A stretch of DNA of 28,622 bases from the NCBI GenBank assembly GCA_034002465.1, contig JAVFAO010000040.1, positions 1-28,622 on the forward strand, given 5' to 3'. This document shows, in pieces, positions 1 to 5,900 of the stretch. How positions within the stretch are numbered: the first letter of the stretch is position 1; each line of letters starts with the position of its first letter. The notes under the pieces were generated by a model, which saw only the letters and a list, made by a program, of their open reading frames with translations, was not told the DNA's origin and made no database searches. Both the position numbers and the translations under genes were made by a program. This DNA comes from Myxococcota bacterium (GTDB taxonomy: Bacteria; Myxococcota_A; Bradymonadia; UBA4248; JAVFAO01).

Positions 1-127
1 GCGTATCCAAGAAGGGCGGACACGCAGGTCCGCCCCTACTTCTTGTCGGTTGGGCGCTTGGCCCGTTCTCCCAACTCGTTGCGCGTATCCAAGAAGGGCG
101 GACACGCAGGTCCGCCCCTACTTCTTG
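1..127. repeat. Two direct copies (1-45 and 83-127) of a 45-bp imperfect-palindromic element (gcgtatccaagaagggcggacacgcaggtccgcccctacttcttg), flanking one copy of the dispersed B repeat (46-82)
   Basis: Both copies read directly in the sequence. The internal inverted repeat aagaagggcggac/gtccgcccc..cttctt predicts a hairpin. Confidence 0.9.
46..82. repeat. Dispersed REP/MITE-like B repeat (consensus ttcttgtYgattgggcgcttggcctgttctcccaa..gttgcg), copy 1 of 4
   Basis: Near-identical copies at 4170-4212, 4278-4320 and 28366-28420, all in intergenic DNA. Confidence 0.85.
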
Positions 128-167
128 GAGGTTCATCTCTGCTCTGCTTTGAGCGCTGCGCAGCGCG

Positions 168-336
168 CAGACCCGTGCAGCGCGCCTGCAACACGCTCTG
201 TCACCGATGCAGACCCGTGCAGCAGGCCTGCAACACAGCCTGTCACCGACGCACAGACCGTGCAGCGCGCCTGCAACACGCTCTGTCACCGATGCAAACC
301 CGTGCAGCACGCCTGCAACACAGCCTGTCACCGATG
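168..336. repeat. Tandem direct repeat, 42-bp period x4 (alternating variants cagacccgtgcagcgcgcctgcaacacgctctgtcaccgatg / ...caggcctgcaacacagcctgtcaccgacg)
   Basis: Read directly. There are no unique spacers between units, so this is not a CRISPR array. Confidence 0.9.
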
Positions 337-589
337 ACGATGGCCAAAGCGCGCGCGCCTGAGCAGAATTCACGCGCGCGCCGAGCCAAGGCCGCAGTGC
401 TGAGGCGAGAAAGTGGGAGTGCGTCCGCGGAACACGCGCGTCACCTGCGTCGGGGGCCGGACAAGACCCAGGCAGCGCTTGCTCAATCGGCGCTACGCTT
501 CGTCGTCTTGCTTCGTGCTCTTCGCCGTGCGCAGGTAGAATGACTCCACGAAAGCCTCGCGCTCCGGGAAGAGCAAGCGGAGCTGGTGA

Positions 590-668
590 AAGTTGTTGCG
601 CGCCATCCATGGCGCGCACCCTTCGGGCTTGCTTCGCAGCGAGTCTCCGCCTCCTGGCTTCGACTTCT
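590..668. repeat. Partial copy of the composite REP-like element: B-tail (aagttgttgcg), a 20-nt hairpin (gcgcgccatccatggcgcgc, 598-617) and the A' segment (acccttcgggcttgcttcgcagcgagtctccgcctcctggcttcgacttct)
   Basis: Aligns with 4203-4281. The hairpin copies differ by paired substitutions. Confidence 0.85.
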
Positions 669-702
669 CATTGTAGAGCCGCACCAAGGGGATGTTTCCA
701 CA

Positions 703-802
703 CGCCCCAACCAGGGCATCGTGGATGACCATGGGGTGTGGTTCGCCGTCGTTGCAAAGGGGCGAATCATCATTCGCCCCAGCCAGGGCATCGTGGATGA
801 CC
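703..802. repeat. 28-bp direct repeat (cgccccaRccagggcatcgtggatgacc) at 703-730 and 775-802, with a 9-bp-stem hairpin (ggggcgaat-catc-attcgcccc, 759-780) between them
   Basis: Read directly. It lies about 180-280 bp upstream of the ATPase start. Confidence 0.8.
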
Positions 803-912
803 CCCGATTGGAGACGCATGTGGCTGTCAATGCGAGGCAGAATGGGGGTACGAGGCGAATCCAGTCCTCGCCGTTGATCGAGCCCGTCAAGACCTGGCAG
901 CCTCGCCACACC

Positions 913-940
913 TTGATCGGAAAGCGCGAAGTGCTAGGCT
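913..940 (+). promoter_or_regulatory. Candidate sigma70-like promoter TTGATC-N16-TAGGCT upstream of the ATPase gene
   Basis: Hexamer spacing read in the sequence. An RBS (AAGGAGA, 974-980) and a GTG at 985 follow. Confidence 0.3.
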
Positions 941-984
941 TGCTTGGCCTCGGCGGTCGAGAGCCGTGGGCGCAAGGAGACCCT

Positions 985-2247
985 GTGCTCATTCAGTTTC
1001 GCTTCGAGAACCATCGCTCGCTTCGGGACGAACAGACGCTCTCGTTCGTGGCAAGTTCCGAGTCTGAAGAAGACGAGCCTCGTCTGCTCCACCATCCCAG
1101 CCTCGCCGAGTCACTGCTGCCGACCGTTGCCATCTACGGCGCCAACGCCTCTGGCAAGAGCAATGTCATCGACGCCTTGGCGTTCATGCGCGCGGCAGTG
1201 CTCGACTCCCATCGACTGTGGGAGCCCAAAGGTATCCGAAACGACCCATTTCGTCTGGGGCAGCGCGAAAAGGAGCCTTCGCTGTACGAACTCCAGTTCG
1301 TTTCTGCAGACCGCCGCTATCGATATGGTTTTTCGCTGGACGCGGAACGCGTTTCCAGCGAGTGGCTCGAGCGCTGGAGCGGCACCAGTTTCGAAAGCCT
1401 GTATTCGCGAGACGGTGATCGTTTCGAACTCCACGCAGACTTTTCGAACGATACTGAGCTGCTGACTCGCCTCACGCGTCCCAACAGCCTCTTCCTTTCG
1501 GCTGCAGCGCAGAACAATCATCCTGCGCTTGGCGAGCTGTTTCAGCACTTCGAGGGTATTCGGGTCATCGCGCCATCGGCCTTTGACGCGACGCACTCGC
1601 TCGCGCGAGCGACCCGCTCCGTCGAGGCACTCTTCGCTTCTCCGCGACAGCAATCACTCTTCCCTGACGAGAGAGGTCTCGTACAACAACGCGAGGCGGT
1701 GCTCGAGCTGCTTCGCGTCGCCGATCTGGGCATCCTCGACATTGGCCGGGATGAGTCACGTCGCTCTCGCTCCGCGCCCTCCCTTCTGTTCAGGCATCGA
1801 GCCAGCCCTCCCGAGCGAGAAGCGTGGCTTCCACTCGAGGGTCAATCGCGTGGCACCCTGAAGCTGCTCGAGCTCGCTTTGCCGTTGCTGCTCAGTCTCC
1901 AAAGCGGCACCTCGCTCTGGGTCGACGAGTTGGACGCCAGTCTGCATCCCGTCTTGGCTTCGCACTTGCTTTGTCTGTTCCACACGCCTGAGACCAACCC
2001 GCTCGGCGCTCAGTTGGTCTTCACCACCCACGACACCCACCTGCTCGGCACTTTGTTGGGCCAACCGCCGCTACGCCGGGATCAGGTCTGGTTCACCGAG
2101 AAGAGCGAGGATGGCGCCACGACACTCTTTCCTCTCTCGGACTTCGAGAGCTCCGAGCATCAAAACGTGGAAAGGGGCTACGTGCAGGGACGCTACGGAG
2201 CCATTCCGTTCCTGGACGAGCTCCGACTGACCAAGGGTTCTGAATGA
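985..2247 (+). CDS. AAA_21 / ABC-like ATPase of an AbiL-like or OLD-like two-gene module
   Basis: Walker A reads AIYGANASGKSNVIDAL. The Walker B/D-loop reads LWVDELDASLHP and the H-loop reads VFTTHDTHLL. The N-terminus LIQFRFENHRSL is typical for this family. GTG 985 was chosen because AGGAG lies 5 nt upstream. The 586-984 extension in the track ORF is repeat DNA. The stop overlaps the next start as ATGA. Confidence 0.85.
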   Translation: MLIQFRFENHRSLRDEQTLSFVASSESEEDEPRLLHHPSLAESLLPTVAIYGANASGKSNVIDALAFMRAAVLDSHRLWEPKGIRNDPFRLGQREKEPSLYELQFVSADRRYRYGFSLDAERVSSEWLERWSGTSFESLYSRDGDRFELHADFSNDTELLTRLTRPNSLFLSAAAQNNHPALGELFQHFEGIRVIAPSAFDATHSLARATRSVEALFASPRQQSLFPDERGLVQQREAVLELLRVADLGILDIGRDESRRSRSAPSLLFRHRASPPEREAWLPLEGQSRGTLKLLELALPLLLSLQSGTSLWVDELDASLHPVLASHLLCLFHTPETNPLGAQLVFTTHDTHLLGTLLGQPPLRRDQVWFTEKSEDGATTLFPLSDFESSEHQNVERGYVQGRYGAIPFLDELRLTKGSE

Positions 2248-2864
2248 GTGCAGCCAGAAAGCGGGATGATTCGGTTCGTCGCTCTCCGGGCAGAAAGCAG
2301 CCCAAGCGTCGAATCCTTATCGTCTGCGAGGGGCGGCTGACAGAACCGCACTACTTTCGACGGTTTCAGCACGCGACCCGGAATCCGTTGGTGCACGTCG
2401 AGGTGGCCAAGGAGACCGGAGTACCGCTGACGGTCGTTCAGATTGCTGTCCAGCATAAGGAGAAAGCCGAGCAACAGGCCCGACGCCAACACGACGATTT
2501 CCTTCGTTGGGACGAGGTCTGGGCGGTCTTCGACATTGACGAGCATCCTCATGTTTTCGAAGCCCTTCGCTTGGCGGAGCGCGAAGCGATTCACACTGCC
2601 GTCTCTGACCCGTGTTTCGAGCTCTGGGCATTGCTACATTTCGAGGATCAGCGCGCACATATCGAGAGAAAGCAGCTACGCCTCAGGCTCAAGCGCCACA
2701 TGCCCGACTACGACAAGGAGCTCGACTTCGACAGGATGCACCCCCATTACGACAACGCGGTGGCCAGGGCCACGCACCTGAACGAAGAGCTCTCCACTCG
2801 AGGCCGAAACCCTTCGACTCAGGTGTTTCTGCTTACCGAGTCCATCGCTCGCAACGGCCACTGA
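2244..2864 (+). CDS. RloB-family (Toprim-like) protein, partner of the ATPase
   Basis: The N-terminus has ILIVCEGRLTEPHYF (RloB consensus ilIvcEGekTEpnYf). A DxD-like VWAVFDIDEH motif is present. The C-terminus has SDPCFELWALLHFE (consensus sNPcFElWlLLHf). Its start overlaps the ATPase stop by 4 bp. Confidence 0.85.
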   Translation: MSAARKRDDSVRRSPGRKQPKRRILIVCEGRLTEPHYFRRFQHATRNPLVHVEVAKETGVPLTVVQIAVQHKEKAEQQARRQHDDFLRWDEVWAVFDIDEHPHVFEALRLAEREAIHTAVSDPCFELWALLHFEDQRAHIERKQLRLRLKRHMPDYDKELDFDRMHPHYDNAVARATHLNEELSTRGRNPSTQVFLLTESIARNGH

Positions 2865-2925
2865 AACCCGCGTGCAGCGTCAGCATTGAGCCCTCTCTGC
2901 TGCCCCACCCATTGGAATGCAGAGG

Positions 2926-2976
2926 GCTTGCCCCGCCAAGCGGGGAGAGGCAAGCGCGCGCGGTCAGCGCGCGAGC
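2926..2976 (+). terminator. Two GC-rich stem-loops (gcttg-ccccgc-caa-gcgggg-..-caagc, and cgcgcgc-ggtca-gcgcgcg) downstream of the RloB gene
   Basis: Inverted repeats read directly. There is no U-tract, which is usual in high-GC genomes. Confidence 0.4.
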
Positions 2977-3110
2977 GCCTGGGGTCTGAGAGCGCAAGCA
3001 TCCTGCCGGTTTGACACCTAGATGGCGTTCCTCGTCGTGGACACCGCTGGCCAGCGGATGCCCCCCTCGCCCCTCGCCCCTCGTTTCTCGTTCCCATTGC
3101 TGCGCTTTCC

Positions 3111-3130
3111 GGCCACGGCATGCCGTGGCC
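3111..3130. promoter_or_regulatory. Perfect 20-bp palindrome ggccacggca|tgccgtggcc upstream of kptA (candidate operator)
   Basis: Read directly. It sits about 150 bp upstream of the predicted kptA start. Confidence 0.3.
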
Positions 3131-3277
3131 CTCGATGGGGATCTCAATCGCACCCATCCTCGCCCCTCGCTCCTCCTCCTGTCACAAAGCTGTCGCGGAG
3201 ACGTCGCCTGCGGCATTCTTCCCGCGCGACGCCACCGGAGAGCGCGCCCGCTGGAACGACCCAAGCAGAGACTGAAG

Positions 3278-3841
3278 ATGCGACCTCGACAAGAGCAGAT
3301 ACGGACGAGCAAGTTTTTGAGCATGGTGCTGCGCCATCGACCCGAAAGGATTGGCATCGAGCTCGATGCAGCCGGCTGGGTGAGCATCGACACCCTGCTC
3401 GCGCAGCTCGCCAAGCACCGACACCCCCTCTCGCGAGAGGAGCTCGAGGCCATCGTCAACAGCGATGAGAAGGGGCGCTACGCCATCTCTTCGGATGGAC
3501 GTCGACTTCGCGCCAACCAAGGCCATTCGGTGCCGGTCGACTTGGGCTTGCAGCCTGCGACGCCGCCAGACACGCTCTATCATGGAACCGTCGAGCGCTT
3601 CCTGCCTGCGATTCTCGAGCAGGGCCTGTTGCCCATGCAGCGCCATCACGTCCACCTCTCGGCCGAGCTCGAGACAGCGGTTCGGGTGGGGGCGCGGCGC
3701 GGGACGGCAATCGTAGTTCGCGTCGACGCCGCAGCAATGCGTCGAGACGGTCATCCCTTCTTTGTCAGTGAGAACGGCGTCTGGCTCTGCGAGGCCGTCG
3801 CGCCTGCTTATCTCTCACGCTGCTCGGCTTCGAGCGGCTAG
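3278..3841 (+). CDS. kptA: RNA 2'-phosphotransferase KptA/Tpt1 (ADP-ribosyltransferase fold)
   Basis: SKFLSMVLRHRPERIGIELDAAGWV...YAISSDGRRLRANQGHS...LYHGT...HHVHLS...ENGVWL aligns along its length with E. coli KptA. The start was trimmed to Met90 of the track ORF, because the upstream part is Pro/Ser-rich low complexity. Confidence 0.88.
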   Translation: MRPRQEQIRTSKFLSMVLRHRPERIGIELDAAGWVSIDTLLAQLAKHRHPLSREELEAIVNSDEKGRYAISSDGRRLRANQGHSVPVDLGLQPATPPDTLYHGTVERFLPAILEQGLLPMQRHHVHLSAELETAVRVGARRGTAIVVRVDAAAMRRDGHPFFVSENGVWLCEAVAPAYLSRCSASSG

Positions 3842-4053
3842 GCCTCTTCCTCGAGGTCGAACTCGACGGCTTCGTTGCGATGTCCAGGACGAGGAATACG
3901 CTTCACGGCCTTCTTAGCGACCTCGACGATCTGCTCACGGGTCTCGCGGCCGCTCTTGGGGGTGACCAAGATCGCGACGCTCGCGCCGACGAGTGCGCCG
4001 CCGAGAGCGGCGAGGATGAGGTGTCCGGCTCCGTAGGTGTTGTGATGGCTCAT
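3838..4053 (-). CDS. YtxH-domain protein (general-stress-like, PF12732-like)
   Basis: GAGHLILAALGGALVGASVAILVTPKSGRETREQ is the YtxH signature. The start was trimmed to an ATG with AGGAGG 5 nt upstream. Confidence 0.7.
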   Translation of the reverse strand: MSHHNTYGAGHLILAALGGALVGASVAILVTPKSGRETREQIVEVAKKAVKRIPRPGHRNEAVEFDLEEEA

Positions 4054-4169
4054 GAGGTCCTCCTGCAATGGCGACAATCCCGTCGCCGGGGGTGGCTGTG
4101 TCGTTGTTTTTGTGGGGCTCTGCCCCACTCCCCGCCAAAGGGCAGTGCCCTTTGGAATCCCTCCGAAAT

Positions 4170-4320
4170 TTCTTGTTGATTGGGCGCTTGGCCTGTTCTC
4201 CCAAGTTGTTGCGTGCCTTCCGTGGCACGCACCCTTCGGGCTGCCTTCGCAGCGAGTCTCCGCCTCCTGGCTGCGACTTCTTGTTGATTGGGCGCTTGTC
4301 CTGATTCCACAACTTCTCTG
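4170..4320. repeat. Composite REP/MITE-like element: B repeat (4170-4212), hairpin gcgtgccttccgtggcacgc (4211-4230), A' segment (4231-4281) and a second B repeat (4278-4320)
   Basis: It has the same architecture as 590-668, plus B copies at 46-82 and 28366-28420. It is intergenic. Confidence 0.88.
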
Positions 4321-4331
4321 TTCGGAGCTTC

Positions 4332-4751
4332 TCAGGTCTCCTCGTTCTCGTCGTTCGTGCTCGCGTCTTCGTCGGCCTCTTCAGTCTCCTCTGCGGCGGC
4401 CTCGCTGTTGCGGCTGGCCATGAAGGCGCTGACCGCAGGACCGACGACGGCAGCGACCGAGGAGGCGATGCCGATGAGTGACATGTTACGCTCGACCCGC
4501 TCGGCCAGTTTGCTGGTGGTGTCGAGGATTTGGGCGAGCTTGGCTTCGCTGCCCTCGAGGCCGCGGCTGAGCAGCTCCGCCCGTTCTGCGACGAGCTGAA
4601 GCTGCTTGACCGTGGGCTGCATCTGCTCGGTGAACTGGGCGATGCGCTTGTAGGTCCTGAACAGGGTCAAGAAGATCATGACCATGATGGGGATCAGCGC
4701 ACCGAGTAGCATCGAGAAGAGGATGAGGAGGGTGACTTGCCAGCTTTCCAT
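4332..4751 (-). CDS. DUF948-family membrane/coiled-coil protein (commonly paired with YtxH)
   Basis: MESWQVTLLILFSMLLGALIPIMVMIFLTLFRTYKRIAQFTEQMQPTVKQLQ gives an N-terminal TM helix followed by a coiled coil, typical of DUF948. The start was trimmed to Met49, with GGCGGAG upstream. Confidence 0.65.
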   Translation of the reverse strand: MESWQVTLLILFSMLLGALIPIMVMIFLTLFRTYKRIAQFTEQMQPTVKQLQLVAERAELLSRGLEGSEAKLAQILDTTSKLAERVERNMSLIGIASSVAAVVGPAVSAFMASRNSEAAAEETEEADEDASTNDENEET

Positions 4752-4909
4752 CGGCTCCGCCCTTGACCAGCTTCGAGCTGGTGTTCGTCGACGGGCGCAA
4801 CAACCCAAGGGCTGCGCCTCATGAACCCCAAGCAGACCCAGCAGAGCTACCACAGCCCTTTGGGGCCGACAAGCCATCGCCAGAATCGCGAACACGCAGT
4901 TCGAGCGGC

Positions 4910-5278
4910 TCAGCTCTCGGCGTCGGCTTTCTTCTTCTTTCCACCAAGCGCGGCGAGCAAAATGCCGATGAGCAGCAATCCGCCTCCAGCGCCGAAACCG
5001 ACGTTGCGCAGCATGGTGTTGTCTTCGATGTCACCCATGGCGTTGAGGATATCCCAGGCGAGGTCCTGCTTGCCGGGTGGCGCCGCCTCTTTGAGCACTC
5101 TGTCGATGGCGACCAAGGTCTTGATGTCGGTGAGATCATCTTCTGGTAAGATTTTCTTCAGCTCGGCGGTGTTGGTGTCGATGGTGTTTTGGTTGGCCTG
5201 CATCTCCAGGTGGCCATAGACGCCTGCGCCAGCCGCCCCCAAACCAAGCACGATGAGAAGGATTCCGAGAATGCGCAT
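4910..5278 (-). CDS. Small two-TM membrane protein (hypothetical), first gene of the operon with DUF948 and YtxH
   Basis: It has TM helices at both ends (ILGILLIVLGLGAAGAGV and GGGLLLIGILLAALGG). Start Met16 was chosen. GC3 is high. Confidence 0.5.
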   Translation of the reverse strand: MRILGILLIVLGLGAAGAGVYGHLEMQANQNTIDTNTAELKKILPEDDLTDIKTLVAIDRVLKEAAPPGKQDLAWDILNAMGDIEDNTMLRNVGFGAGGGLLLIGILLAALGGKKKKADAES

Positions 5279-5335
5279 GTCGGCTCCGAGTCGAGAGAGG
5301 AAGAGAGCTTCCTCGCGGTCCACTAGCGCCTGCGA

Positions 5336-5364
5336 GCATATGATAGGCTGTCGGGAGAAACAAG
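5336..5364 (-). promoter_or_regulatory. Candidate promoter TTGTTT-N17-TATGCT (on the minus strand) for the membrane/DUF948/YtxH operon
   Basis: Hexamers read on the reverse strand, about 50 nt upstream of the ATG at 5278. Confidence 0.25.
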
Positions 5365-5407
5365 GCTCGGCGTTCGGCTTGTTCGGCTTGGAGAGGGGAC
5401 CGAAGAG

Positions 5408-5488
5408 GACGCGGAGAGGACACAGAGAGCGCAGGACGCGGAGAGGACACAGAGAGCGCAGGACGCGGAGAGGACACAGAGAGCGCAG
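5408..5488. repeat. Perfect tandem repeat, 27-bp unit gacgcggagaggacacagagagcgcag x3
   Basis: Read directly. It lies 130-210 bp upstream of the minus-strand operon start. Confidence 0.9.
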
Positions 5489-5522
5489 AAATGGTGGGAC
5501 TTGGGGCTGCTAGCCCCTTCGC

Positions 5523-5703
5523 TCACGGTGGCGCGTCGTCGCCTGCGCTCAAGGCGCCATAGAACTGACGCAGCGCCTCGACCTTCTCCTCGTCTTTCGC
5601 GAAGGAGCCCCACTTGAAGGCGATCACCCCAGCGCTCCCCGGCGCGGCTGCATCGAAGTCGGCGCGAAGCAAGCGAGGCTCGATGCTCCCACCCCGTTTC
5701 ATC
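5523..5703 (-). CDS. Candidate small protein (59 aa; MKRGGSIEPRLLRADFDAAAPGSAGVIAFKWGSFAKDEEKVEALRQFYGALSAGDDAPP)
   Basis: It sits below the 60-aa track cutoff. GC3 is about 80 percent, and GAGAG lies upstream of the ATG. It is divergent from the CheB/CheR gene. Confidence 0.25.
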
Positions 5704-5900
5704 GCTCTCTACGACGTGTTCGTTCTCCATTGTGCGGATTGGGCGTATTGGCAACATGCAGAGGCTTTGATAGAACGAGAGGCATGGCGTTGAGGGAGCC
5801 CACGAACAGACGAGGGCGACTGTTCTGTAGGCGAGCTCGGCTCCGAGATGCAGCCTACACCGTCAACGGCTCAACGGCCCCATTCGCGAGGAGAAGACTC

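Noticed and set aside
46-82. B repeat as a sigma54 (-24/-12) promoter, because of TTGGGCGCTTGGCC
   Set aside because: The GG and GC elements are not at the required 10-nt centre-to-centre spacing (TGGCAC-N5-TTGCW). A REP-like repeat fits better.
168-336. Possible CRISPR array (regular 42-bp repeats)
   Set aside because: The units are directly contiguous with no unique spacers, and the repeats alternate between two variants. No cas genes are present. This is a plain tandem repeat.
50-337. Track ORF 50..337 (95 aa) as a gene
   Set aside because: It lies entirely within the palindromic and 42-bp tandem repeats and its product is low-complexity, so I judge it spurious.
43-543. Track ORF 43..543 (166 aa) as a gene
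   Set aside because: It is translated entirely across the palindromic and 42-bp tandem repeats, and its product is Arg/Cys/Ala low complexity, so I judge it spurious.
586-984. N-terminal 133-aa extension of the ATPase ORF
   Set aside because: It covers REP-like repeats and the direct-repeat/hairpin region. The AAA_21 domain begins right after GTG 985, which has a strong RBS. The family's N-terminus normally starts at the beta-strand preceding the P-loop.
483-992. Track ORF 483..992 on the minus strand (169 aa) as a gene
   Set aside because: It overlaps the repeat region on the opposite strand with a Ser/Thr/Arg-rich low-complexity product, so I judge it spurious.
5323-5757. Track ORF 5323..5757 (144 aa) on the minus strand
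   Set aside because: It reads through the 3 x 27-bp tandem repeat, giving CALCVLSAS x3. A different-frame 59-aa ORF with better codon bias occupies part of the region.
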